Part shown: positions 51,398 to 60,432 of the stretch, one piece after another | Layout of the letters: the number at the start of each line of letters is the position of its first letter | Position numbering within the stretch: position 1 is the stretch's first letter | Source of the DNA: Hydrogenophaga sp. | GTDB taxonomy: Bacteria > Pseudomonadota > Gammaproteobacteria > Burkholderiales > Burkholderiaceae_C | Direction: 5' to 3' | Length of the DNA stretch: 64,000 nucleotides | Assembly (NCBI GenBank): GCA_021154985.1 | Contig: JAJNQE010000025.1 | Coordinates: 19,026 to 83,025, forward strand | Position numbers and translations under genes: made by a program | The notes under the pieces: generated by a model | Told to the model about the DNA's origin: nothing | Seen by the model: the letters and a program-made list of their open reading frames with translations, nothing else | Databases searched by the model: none

Positions 51398-52498
51398 TCA
51401 GTCGCGCAGCACCACACCGGCCTTGTCGTTCCACCAGAAGAAGACGTTGTCCTCCCAGGTGATGTCCGACAAATCCTGGCGGGACGTGTTGGCCTCGGTG
51501 ATCTTCACGCGCAGACCGTCGCTGGCCTGCACGATGTAGGTGTTGTACGAACCGAAGTAGGCGATCTCCTTCACCGTGCCGGTGAAGAGGTTGGCCGCCA
51601 CACCCTCGGGGCGCTGTTTGCTGATCTCGATCTTCTCGGGCCGCACGGCCAGGCCCACCGCCATGCCCAGGTGGCCCGGCACACCGTGCCCCACCTCGAT
51701 CTGACCGATGGAGGTGCTCACGGCACAGCGGTCGGGCTCGTCCACACTGAGCTTGCCTTCGAACAGGTTCACGTTGCCGATGAAGTCGGCCACGAACCGG
51801 TTGGCCGGGTGCTCGTAGATCTCTTCGGGCGTGCCCACCTGCAGCACGCGCCCCTTGCTCATGATCGCGATGCGGCTGGCCATGGTCATGGCCTCTTCCT
51901 GGTCGTGCGTGACCATCACCACCGTCACGCCCACCTTCTCAATGATGTTGACCAGCTCAAACTGGGTCTGCTCGCGCAGCTTCTTGTCGAGCGCGCCCAG
52001 GGGCTCGTCGAGCAGCAGCTTGGGCCGCTTGGCCAGGCTGCGAGCCAGCGCCACGCGCTGCTGTTGCCCACCAGACAACTGGTGCGGCTTGCGCTTGGCG
52101 TAGGGGGTGAGCTGCACCAGGGCCAGCATCTCGTCGGTGCGCTGCTGGATCTCCGCCTTGGGCAGGCCTTCGCGCTTCAGGCCAAAGGCCACGTTCTCCC
52201 AGATGTTGAGGTGGGGGAACAGCGCGTACGACTGGAACATCATGTTGACCGGCCGCTCGTAGGGCGGCATGGCCGCCACGTCCTGGCCACCGAGCAGGAT
52301 GCGCCCCGAAGTCGGCCGCTCGAAGCCGGCGAGCATGCGCAGCAGTGTTGACTTGCCACAGCCCGAGCTGCCCAGCAGCGCGAAGATCTCGCCCTTGCCG
52401 ATGGACAGCGACACCTCGTCCACCGCCACCGCCTCGTCAAAGCGCTTGACCAGTTTTTCGGTGACCAGATAACCCGCCTGGGTGCCCGTCTCTGCCAT
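51398..52498 (-). CDS. potG: polyamine ABC transporter ATP-binding protein
   Basis: GSSGCGKST, NMMFQSYALFPH, LSGGQQQR, DEPLGALDKKLRE. Confidence 0.9.
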   Translation of the reverse strand: MAETGTQAGYLVTEKLVKRFDEAVAVDEVSLSIGKGEIFALLGSSGCGKSTLLRMLAGFERPTSGRILLGGQDVAAMPPYERPVNMMFQSYALFPHLNIWENVAFGLKREGLPKAEIQQRTDEMLALVQLTPYAKRKPHQLSGGQQQRVALARSLAKRPKLLLDEPLGALDKKLREQTQFELVNIIEKVGVTVVMVTHDQEEAMTMASRIAIMSKGRVLQVGTPEEIYEHPANRFVADFIGNVNLFEGKLSVDEPDRCAVSTSIGQIEVGHGVPGHLGMAVGLAVRPEKIEISKQRPEGVAANLFTGTVKEIAYFGSYNTYIVQASDGLRVKITEANTSRQDLSDITWEDNVFFWWNDKAGVVLRD

Positions 52499-52530
52499 GT
52501 TCGTTCCTTGTCGTTGTCTGGGTCAGGATC

Positions 52531-52570
52531 AAAAAAAAGGGCTGTTCATACGGTGTGTACGAACAGCCCT
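52531..52570 (-). terminator. intrinsic terminator after potF
   Basis: minus strand AGGGCTGTTC...GAACAGCCC followed by a T8 run. Confidence 0.8.
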
Positions 52571-52601
52571 GCGTCAGGTCTGGTGAAAACCGCGACGCGC
52601 C

Positions 52602-53780
52602 TTACTTGCCCTTTTTGAAGCTGTTGTAGGCGTTGGCCATGGCTTCGCGTGCTTCGTTGGTGAAGCTGCTGGGCGGGATCATCTTGGCGAAGTAGTCGGA
52701 CTCGACAAAGATGGTCTTGTTGCCGGCGATTTCGGGGTTGATCTTGTCAACCGCGGCCTTGTTGCCGGTGGGGTAGCTCATCTCGTTGGCCATGGCCGCG
52801 GCGTTTTCCGGGCGCAGGAAGAAGTCGATGAAGGCCATCGCGTTGTTCGGGTGCTTGGCGTCCTTGGTCACGGCCATGGTGTCAAAGAAGATCAGCGCGC
52901 CGGTGCTGGGCAGCAGGGCTTCGATCACGTCCTTGGAGCCGTTTTCCTTGGCGCGGGCAGCCGCGATGTTCACGTCGCCCGACCAGCCGATGGCCACGCA
53001 GGCCTTGCCGCCGGCGATGTCGTCGATCATGGTGGAGCTGAACAGGCGCACGTCCTTGCGCACCTTCATGAGCATCTCGTTGGCCAGCTTGTAGTCGGCC
53101 GGGTCGTTCGAGTAAGCGTCCTTGCCGATGTAGTGCAGCGCCACGGGAATGATCTCGGTCGGCGAGTCCAGGTAGGCGATGCCGCACGACTTCAGCTTGC
53201 TCGTGTACTCGGGCTTGAACACCAGGTCCCAGGCATTCTCGGGCATGGCCATGCCGCCCAGGGCCTTCTCGACCTTGGTCTTGTTGATGCCCACGGTGGT
53301 GAAGCCCCAGGCCCATGGCACCAGGTGCTTGTTCTCGGGGTCGGCCTTGGTCAGCGTCGTCATGATCGCCGGGTCCATGTTGGCCAGGTTGGGGATCTGC
53401 TCTTTCTTCAGGGGCTGCAGCAGACCGCCTTCGATCTGGCCCTTGGCGAACACGGTGCCGGGCACGACGATGTCGTAGCCGGTGTTGCCCGCCACCAGCT
53501 TGGCGTGCAGCGCTTCGTTGGTCTCGAAGGTGTCGTAGTTGACCTTGATCCCGGTTTCCTTCTCGAAGTTGGCAATCATGCCTTCGGGGATGTAGTCGGG
53601 CCAGTTGTAGATGTTCAGGACTTTCTCGTCGTCGAGCACCGGGCCGGCGGGCACGGCCGGGGCGGCCGGAGCGGCGGCCACCGGTGCCGGCGCAGCGGGT
53701 GCTGCAACGGGCTCTTCCTTCTTGCCGCAAGACGCCAGCAGGATCGCTGACATGGCAATAACCAAAACGTGTTTCTTCAT
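52602..53780 (-). CDS. potF: polyamine ABC transporter substrate-binding lipoprotein
   Basis: lipobox LASC, Pro/Ala linker, VLNIYNWPDYI, GYDIVVP, IGWSGD. Confidence 0.87.
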   Translation of the reverse strand: MKKHVLVIAMSAILLASCGKKEEPVAAPAAPAPVAAAPAAPAVPAGPVLDDEKVLNIYNWPDYIPEGMIANFEKETGIKVNYDTFETNEALHAKLVAGNTGYDIVVPGTVFAKGQIEGGLLQPLKKEQIPNLANMDPAIMTTLTKADPENKHLVPWAWGFTTVGINKTKVEKALGGMAMPENAWDLVFKPEYTSKLKSCGIAYLDSPTEIIPVALHYIGKDAYSNDPADYKLANEMLMKVRKDVRLFSSTMIDDIAGGKACVAIGWSGDVNIAAARAKENGSKDVIEALLPSTGALIFFDTMAVTKDAKHPNNAMAFIDFFLRPENAAAMANEMSYPTGNKAAVDKINPEIAGNKTIFVESDYFAKMIPPSSFTNEAREAMANAYNSFKKGK

Positions 53781-53932
53781 GGTGGTGCTCGCTCCTGAGA
53801 GAGGTTGATCAACGACAAATCGAACCGAAAGGCGTGGAAAAGATTCAAAAACAATCTAGCAAGTTCCAGACCCGCCGCCACCCGGACCGCACCTCATCGG
53901 TGCGCTCCAGGGTACCGCAGGGGGCATTCTAT

Positions 53933-55372
53933 TCACGCATGCAGGCCAGCGGCCCGCAACTGGGCCAGGGTGGCGTCCAGGCAGGTGTGGATCAGCACCA
54001 TCATTTCGTCGATTTGCTCGCGCGTCATCACCAGCGGCGGCGCGATGATCATGCGGTCGCCCACGGCGCGCATGATCAGGCCGTTCTTGAAACAGTGGGC
54101 GCGGCACATCATGCCCACGCCCAGGTCGGGCTCAAAAGTGGCGCCGGTCGCCTTGTCCTTCACCAGCACCAGGCCGGCCACGAAACCGCAGGTCTCGGCC
54201 ACGCCCACCAGCGGGTGCTGGTTGAGCTCGGCAAACCGCTCGGCCAGGTAGGGGCCCGTGTCGTCGCGCACCCGGCCCACCAGGTTCTCGCGCTCCATCA
54301 GCTCGATGTTGGCCAGCGCCACCGCACACGCCACCGGGTGGCCGCTGTAGGTGTAGCCGTGGTTGAACTCGCCGCCCTGCTCGATCAGCACCTTGGCCAC
54401 GCGGTCGCCCACCATCACGCCACCCAGCGGGATGTAGCCGCTGGTCACGCCCTTGGCGAAGGTCACCAGGTCGGGCCGGATGCCGAATTTCTCGTAGGCG
54501 AACCAATGGCCCAGACGGCCAAAGGCACAGATCACCTCGTCGGCGATCAGCAGGATGCCGTACTTGTCGACGATGCGCTGGATCTCGGGCCAGTAGGTGG
54601 CGGGCGGAATGATCACGCCACCCGCGCCCTGCACCGGCTCGGCAATAAAGGCCGCCACCTTGTCGGCACCCAACTCCAGGATCTTGGTTTCCAGCCAGCC
54701 GGCGGCGCGCAGGCCAAACGCATCCTGGCTCTCGCCGGGCAGCGCGTTCTCGAAAAAGTAGGGCTGCCCGATGTGCGTGATGTTGGGAATGGGCAGGTCG
54801 CCCTGCGCGTGCATGCCGCTCATGCCACCCAGCGAGGCGCCGGCCATGGTGGAGCCGTGGTAGGCGTTCATGCGGCTGATGACCACCTTGCGCTGCGGCT
54901 GGCCCAGCAGGTCCCAGTAGCGGCGCACCATGCGCACGTTGGTGTCGTTGCTCTCGCTGCCGCTGCTGCTGAAGAACACGTGCTCGAAGCTGCGGCCACC
55001 CACCTTGGGAGCGAGTGCAGCCAACTTGGAAGCCAGTTGCACCGCCGGCACGTTGGTGGTCTGGAAGAAGCTGTTGTAGAACGGCAGCGTCATCATCTGC
55101 TGGTAGGCAGCGTCGGCCAGTTCCTTGCGGCCGTAACCCGCATTGACGCACCACAGACCGCTCATGCCGTCGAGGATCTTGTGGCCTTCGGAATCCCACA
55201 CGTAGATGTTGTCGGCCCGCGTGATCACGCGCGAGCCGCGCGTGGCCAGGTCACCGTGGTCGGTGAAGGGGTGAATGAAATGCGCGCTGTCGGCGGCCTG
55301 GATGGCTTTGGTGTCGTGCTGTTCGGCGCGGCGCACCAGGGCGGGCGGGGCGATGAGGGTCGAGGTGTTCAT
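53933..55372 (-). CDS. class III aminotransferase (putrescine--pyruvate, SpuC-like)
   Basis: HPFTD, LDGMSGLWCVN, EPVQGAGGVI, DEVICAFGR, FAKGVTSGY, HGYTYSGHP. Confidence 0.9.
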   Translation of the reverse strand: MNTSTLIAPPALVRRAEQHDTKAIQAADSAHFIHPFTDHGDLATRGSRVITRADNIYVWDSEGHKILDGMSGLWCVNAGYGRKELADAAYQQMMTLPFYNSFFQTTNVPAVQLASKLAALAPKVGGRSFEHVFFSSSGSESNDTNVRMVRRYWDLLGQPQRKVVISRMNAYHGSTMAGASLGGMSGMHAQGDLPIPNITHIGQPYFFENALPGESQDAFGLRAAGWLETKILELGADKVAAFIAEPVQGAGGVIIPPATYWPEIQRIVDKYGILLIADEVICAFGRLGHWFAYEKFGIRPDLVTFAKGVTSGYIPLGGVMVGDRVAKVLIEQGGEFNHGYTYSGHPVACAVALANIELMERENLVGRVRDDTGPYLAERFAELNQHPLVGVAETCGFVAGLVLVKDKATGATFEPDLGVGMMCRAHCFKNGLIMRAVGDRMIIAPPLVMTREQIDEMMVLIHTCLDATLAQLRAAGLHA

Positions 55373-55392
55373 GGTCGGTCCTGTTTGGCTGA

Positions 55393-56763
55393 TCAAACGT
55401 GGAGAAGAAGGTGCTCGCGCTCCCACGGCGAAATCACCTTCATGAACTCGTCGAACTCGAGTTCCTTGATCTCGGTGTAGATGGTGATGAATTCCTTGCC
55501 CAGCACGTCGTGCAGGTCGGTCTCGCGGCGAAGCCAGTCGAGCGCCTCGCCCAGACTGCGCGGCAGCGAGTAAGGCGAGAGGTAGGCGTCGCCCTTCATT
55601 TCGGCCTTGGGCTTGATCTTGTTCTTCAGGCCCAAATAGCCGCAGGCCAGCGTCATGGCCATGGCCACGTACGGGTTGGCGTCGGCGCCGATCACGCGGT
55701 TTTCCACGCGGCGCGCCTCGGGGCTGGAGATCGGCGAGCGGATGCCCACCGTGCGGTTGTCGTGGCCCCACTCGATGTTGATCGGTGCGGCGGTGTGGCG
55801 CGAAAGGCGGCGGTAGCTGTTCACGTACGGCGCCACCAGCACCATGGCCGCCGGGATGTAGCGCTGCAGGCCGCCGATGTAGTGGTAGAAGGCCTCGGAC
55901 GGCGTGCCGTCGTCGTTGCTGAAGATGTTCTTGCCGGTGGCCTTGTTCAGGATGCTCTGGTGCACGTGCATCGCCGAGCCCGGCTCGCCCGCAATGGGCT
56001 TGGCCATGAAGGTGGCGTACATGTCGTGGCGCAGCGCCGATTCGCGCACCGTGCGTTTGAAGAAGAACACCTCGTCGGCCAGACCCAGCGGGTGGGCGTG
56101 GAAGAAATTGATCTCCATCTGCCCCGCACCGGCTTCGTGGATCAGCGTGTCCACGTTGAGCTTCATCTTGTCGCAGTAGTCGTAGATCTCTTCGAACAGA
56201 GGGTCGAACTCGTTGACCGCGTCGATGCTGTACGACTGGCGCGAGGTCTCGGCCCGGCCGCTGCGCCCGATCGGGGGCTTGAGCAGCGTGTTCGGGTCGG
56301 TGTTGCGCGCGGTCAGATAAAACTCCAGCTCGGGCGCCACCACCGGGTCCAGGCCCTCGGCGTCGAACAGCTCGCACACATGGCGCAGCACGCTGCGCGG
56401 CGCAAACGGCACCAGCTTGCCGGCGTGGTCAAAACAGTCGTGGATCACCTGCGCGGTGGGGTCGGTGGCCCAGGGCACGATGCGCGCGGTGGTTGGGTCC
56501 GGGCGCAGCTGCATGTCGCGGTCGGTCGGCTCGATCACGTCGTAATACGGCCCGCTGGCCGGAAACTCACCCGTCACGCCCATGGCCACGATGGCCTGCG
56601 GCAGCCGCATGCCGCGGTCTTCGGTGAACTTCTCGCGCGGCAGGATCTTGCCGCGCGCCACCCCGGTCAGGTCGGGCACCAGGCATTCCACCTCGGTCAC
56701 GCGGTTCTGGTTGAGCCAGTTCTCCAGATCATTGAAGGTCATTTTTTTGTCGGTGGCTGTCAT
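55393..56763 (-). CDS. puuA: gamma-glutamylputrescine synthetase (GS family)
   Basis: PDLTGVARGK, APELEFYL, HEAGAGQMEIN, RRVENRVIGADANPY, ISPWEREHLLLHV. Confidence 0.85.
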   Translation of the reverse strand: MTATDKKMTFNDLENWLNQNRVTEVECLVPDLTGVARGKILPREKFTEDRGMRLPQAIVAMGVTGEFPASGPYYDVIEPTDRDMQLRPDPTTARIVPWATDPTAQVIHDCFDHAGKLVPFAPRSVLRHVCELFDAEGLDPVVAPELEFYLTARNTDPNTLLKPPIGRSGRAETSRQSYSIDAVNEFDPLFEEIYDYCDKMKLNVDTLIHEAGAGQMEINFFHAHPLGLADEVFFFKRTVRESALRHDMYATFMAKPIAGEPGSAMHVHQSILNKATGKNIFSNDDGTPSEAFYHYIGGLQRYIPAAMVLVAPYVNSYRRLSRHTAAPINIEWGHDNRTVGIRSPISSPEARRVENRVIGADANPYVAMAMTLACGYLGLKNKIKPKAEMKGDAYLSPYSLPRSLGEALDWLRRETDLHDVLGKEFITIYTEIKELEFDEFMKVISPWEREHLLLHV

Positions 56764-56811
56764 GTGCCGTCTCCTGCGGTGTGTTTTGTGAAATCGATCT
56801 GGGGGAAAAAT

Positions 56812-57621
56812 TCAGGCGCTTGAGCTCGCTGCGCTGCGGGCCAGGTCGGCCGCCTGCAAACGCAGGCTGCTGCGCGAGCGGCAGGCGCGGCCAAAGGCCT
56901 CGAAAATGGCGGCATAAAACGGCGTTTCCCAGCAACGCCATTCGGGGTGGAACTGCACGGCATAAGCGAAGGTGCGCGCACCGCGCACGCCAAAGGCCTC
57001 CACCACGCCGTCGGGCGCGTGGGCCAGCGCTTCCAGGCCGTCGGCCAGGCGGTTGATGCCCTGGCCGTGCAGCGAATTCACCTGCGCCTGCGGGCCACCG
57101 GCCCATTCTTCAAAAATGCTGCCCGGCGCAAAACGCACGCTGTGGCTGGGCGCGTACTGCTCGTCGGGCGGGGCGCCCTTGGGCTCGCGGTGGTCCATGA
57201 GGCCGGGCACTTCGTGCACACGCTGGTGCAGCGTGCCGCCCAGGGCCACGTTGATCTCTTGAAACCCGCGGCAGATGCCCAGCAGCGGCACACCCTCGTG
57301 CACGCAGGCCTTCACCAGCGCCAGCGTGAGCAGGTCGCGCTCAGCGTCCAGAGGCAGGCTGGGGTCGGCCACGTCTTCGGCAAAGTGGGAGGGGTGCACG
57401 TTGGAGGGTGAGCCGGTCAGCATCACACCGTCCACCAGAGCGAGCAGATCGCTGATCTGGTCGGTGTCGGCCAGCGGAAACATCACCGGCTGGGCCTGCG
57501 CCCCCACCTTCACCGCCCGGGCGTACTTGTCGCCCAGCAGCAGAAAAGGCATCTGGTGACCGTGGTCACCCATGAGGCGGTGGTCGGCGGGCAGCCAGAC
57601 CATGCACGGCGGCTTGTTCAT
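56812..57621 (-). CDS. puuD: gamma-glutamyl-gamma-aminobutyrate hydrolase (peptidase C26)
   Basis: LTGSPSNVHP, LGICRGFQE, VNSLHGQG, VQFHPEW. Confidence 0.9.
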   Translation of the reverse strand: MNKPPCMVWLPADHRLMGDHGHQMPFLLLGDKYARAVKVGAQAQPVMFPLADTDQISDLLALVDGVMLTGSPSNVHPSHFAEDVADPSLPLDAERDLLTLALVKACVHEGVPLLGICRGFQEINVALGGTLHQRVHEVPGLMDHREPKGAPPDEQYAPSHSVRFAPGSIFEEWAGGPQAQVNSLHGQGINRLADGLEALAHAPDGVVEAFGVRGARTFAYAVQFHPEWRCWETPFYAAIFEAFGRACRSRSSLRLQAADLARSAASSSA

Positions 57622-57721
57622 GTTCTCTCCAATGCAATGGGACCCATTGTGGACAGCAAAGTGGATCACAATCAGAGCCAGTTGAGCCCACTCCGTGGAG
57701 CCACTTCAGGTTCAAGCCACC

Positions 57722-59200
57722 ATGTTGTCCGAATTCCTGCTCACCGAGATGAACCGCCTGGGCACGCAAGACGCGTTGCCGCTGCACCGCCAGCTCTACG
57801 AGGCGCTGCGCCGCGCCATGCTCGACGGCAAGCTCGGCGCGGGCGAGCGCCTGCCTTCGAGCCGCGACCTGGCTGAAGACCTCTCGCTCTCGCGCAACAC
57901 CGTGGTGGCCGCCATCAACCAGCTCAGTGTGGAAGGCTATCTGGCCAGCCGCGTGGGCAGTGGCACCTACGTGAACGACAACGTGCCGCGCGCCGTGCCC
58001 AGCCGGGGCGCCCGCAACGGCGGCCAGCCCGCCACGCTGCAGGCCGGGCGCCTGTCCACGCGCGGCATTGCGCTCTCCAGCACCTTCTGCGCCACCGAGC
58101 TGGAGGTGCAGCCCTTCACCCCCGGCATGGTCGACTTCAGCGCCTTCCCCATCGCGCTGTGGCAACGCCTGCAAAACAAACACTGGCGCATGACCTACCC
58201 GGACATGCTCGACTACAACACCTCAGGCGGCTACGCTCCGCTGCGCCGCGCCGTGGCCGATTACTTGCGCGTGTTCCGCAGCGTGCACCTGGAGGCCGAC
58301 CAGGTCGTCATCACCAGCGGCACCCAGCAATCGCTCGAACTCTGCGCGCGCCTGCTGGCCGACCACGGCGACACCGTGTGGGTGGAAGACCCGGCCTACT
58401 GGGGCGCGGTCAAGGCCTTCATGGCCACGGGCCTCGCCATCCACCCGGTGGCGGTGGACGAAGAAGGCATCAGCCCCAGCGCGGCCGACAGCGCCAAACC
58501 GCCCCGCCTGATTTACGTGACCCCCTCGCACCAGTACCCCACCGGCGCCGTGATGACGCTGCCCCGGCGCCACCAGCTGCTGGCCACCGCACGCGCCCAC
58601 GACGCCTGGGTGCTGGAAGACGATTACGACAGCGAGTACCGCTTCAGCGGCCCGCCCATCTCCAGCCTGGAAGGCCTGGACACCGACGGCCGCGTGCTCT
58701 ACATGGGCACCTTTTCCAAGGTGCTCTACCCCGGGCTGAAGCTCGGCTACCTGGTGGTGCCCAAACCCATGGTGGCCGCCTTCAAACAGGCCCACTACGA
58801 CCTCAACCGCCCGGGCCAGATGCCGGTGCAGGCCGCACTGGCCGAGTTCATTGAAATGGGCCACTTCGCCAGCGCCTTGCGCCGCGCGCGGCAGAACTAC
58901 GCCGAGCGCCGCCAGTGCCTGCTCGAAGCCCTCAAACCCGTGCTCACCCCCGGCGGCCCCTTCATCAGCGGCGCCGAACAAGGCCTGCACCTGTGCCTGC
59001 GCCTGCCCAGCCACATTGACGACCAGGCCCTGGCCCAGCGCATCGCACAGCAGGGCATGACGGTGCGCCCACTCTCGGCCTACTGCCTTCAACGCGGCGA
59101 CCTCAAAGGCTTGGTGATCGGATACGGCTACGCGCCGCTGGCGGACATCGAACGCTGCGGGCCGGTGCTGTCTGGACTTGTGGGGCAGGCGCTGCGGTAG
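57722..59200 (+). CDS. MocR/GabR family PLP-dependent transcriptional regulator
   Basis: GERLPSSRDLA HTH, YVTPSHQYP, EDDYDSE, GTFSK. Confidence 0.93.
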   Translation: MLSEFLLTEMNRLGTQDALPLHRQLYEALRRAMLDGKLGAGERLPSSRDLAEDLSLSRNTVVAAINQLSVEGYLASRVGSGTYVNDNVPRAVPSRGARNGGQPATLQAGRLSTRGIALSSTFCATELEVQPFTPGMVDFSAFPIALWQRLQNKHWRMTYPDMLDYNTSGGYAPLRRAVADYLRVFRSVHLEADQVVITSGTQQSLELCARLLADHGDTVWVEDPAYWGAVKAFMATGLAIHPVAVDEEGISPSAADSAKPPRLIYVTPSHQYPTGAVMTLPRRHQLLATARAHDAWVLEDDYDSEYRFSGPPISSLEGLDTDGRVLYMGTFSKVLYPGLKLGYLVVPKPMVAAFKQAHYDLNRPGQMPVQAALAEFIEMGHFASALRRARQNYAERRQCLLEALKPVLTPGGPFISGAEQGLHLCLRLPSHIDDQALAQRIAQQGMTVRPLSAYCLQRGDLKGLVIGYGYAPLADIERCGPVLSGLVGQALR

Positions 59201-59209
59201 GTGACCGCC

Positions 59210-60376
59210 TCAGGTGATGCCAGCAAACTCACGCCAGCCCAGCACCTCACAGCCCTGGCGCTCGAAACGACCCGAACCACCAAACACCAGACCTGGCGTG
59301 CGCAGGGGCGTGTTCTCGCGCTCGGCAAACATCTGCCATTGGCGTGGGCCAGTGGTCCAGTCCGACGCCACCGTGCTGCCCGACTTGATCTCTATCGCCT
59401 GCAGGCCCTCGGGCGTCTCGAACAACACATCCACCTCGTGACCCTGGCTGTCGCGCCAGAAATAGAGGTCGGAACTCTGCCCCGCGTTGAAGCGCTGCTT
59501 GATCAACTCGGTCACCACCCAGGTCTCGAACAAGGCACCACGCGAGACGTGGGTCGCCAAGCTGGTTGCGTCCCGAATGCCGAGCAACCAGGCCATGAGG
59601 CCCACGTCCAGGAAATACAGCTTGGGCGACTTCACCAGCCGTTTGCCAAAATTGCGGTGGTGGGGCAGCAGGCGTGTGACCAGGTAGCTGGTCTCCAGCA
59701 CCGAGATCCACTCACGGGCCGTGTTGGACGAAATACCGCAATCTGCACCGAGTGCCGAGAGGTTGAGCAACTGGCCCGATCGCGCAGCGCACATGCGGAT
59801 GAACCGCTGGAACTGCCCCAGATCACGCACCGCAATCAGCTGGCGCACATCCCGCTCCACATACGTGGCGACGTAGTTCGCAAACCAGTCCGCAGGCACC
59901 AGTTCGCGGTCGTACAAAGCCGGGTAGGCGCCTTTCAACAACACGTCATCCAGGCTGGACGGTGCCAGCGCCAGCCCGAGTTCGGCCCCGGACAAGGGCA
60001 GCAGCTCGACCCGTCCCACGCGCCCCGCCAGGGATTGCGAAATGCCGGCCATGAGGTCGAACTGGGCAGACCCCGTGATCACGAAATCGCCCATGCGGAG
60101 GCGCTCGTCCACCAGACCCTGAAGCCAGGAAAAAAGGCCCGGGCACCGCTGGACCTCGTCGAGCACGGCACCGTCGGCGAACCGGGCAAGAAACCGACGT
60201 GGGTCCTGCTCGGCAAACTCCCGCTCCTCCGGATTTTCGAGCGACACATAGGGCTTGTCGGCAAACAACTGGCGCGCCAGCGTGGTCTTGCCAGACTGGC
60301 GCGGCCCCGTTACCGCCACCACAGGGAAGCCCTTGGCGAGTCGTTGCAGGGTACCGGCGGCCAAGCGTGGAATCAT
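59210..60376 (-). CDS. AAA+ ATPase (AAA_14) with DUF4143 and PD-(D/E)xK-like C-terminus
   Basis: GPRQSGKTT, LDEVQ, ITGS, SLAGR, KSPKLYFLDVGL, EVD...AIEIK. Confidence 0.9.
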   Translation of the reverse strand: MIPRLAAGTLQRLAKGFPVVAVTGPRQSGKTTLARQLFADKPYVSLENPEEREFAEQDPRRFLARFADGAVLDEVQRCPGLFSWLQGLVDERLRMGDFVITGSAQFDLMAGISQSLAGRVGRVELLPLSGAELGLALAPSSLDDVLLKGAYPALYDRELVPADWFANYVATYVERDVRQLIAVRDLGQFQRFIRMCAARSGQLLNLSALGADCGISSNTAREWISVLETSYLVTRLLPHHRNFGKRLVKSPKLYFLDVGLMAWLLGIRDATSLATHVSRGALFETWVVTELIKQRFNAGQSSDLYFWRDSQGHEVDVLFETPEGLQAIEIKSGSTVASDWTTGPRQWQMFAERENTPLRTPGLVFGGSGRFERQGCEVLGWREFAGIT

Positions 60377-60381
60377 GACAG

Positions 60382-60412
60382 TACAAATTTGAAATTGAAT
60401 TTCAGATTTGTA
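60382..60412. promoter_or_regulatory. 31-bp AT-rich palindrome (putative operator)
   Basis: TACAAATTTGAAATT-G-AATTTCAGATTTGTA, 14/15 pairing, 5 nt upstream of the ATPase ATG. Confidence 0.75.
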
Positions 60413-60432
60413 ATTTTAGTCCTTTGACAAGC

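Noticed and set aside
53933..56377. 814-aa ORF suggesting an aminotransferase fusion
   Set aside because: The upstream part is an off-frame overlap of puuA; the aminotransferase starts at 55372 after an AGGA RBS.
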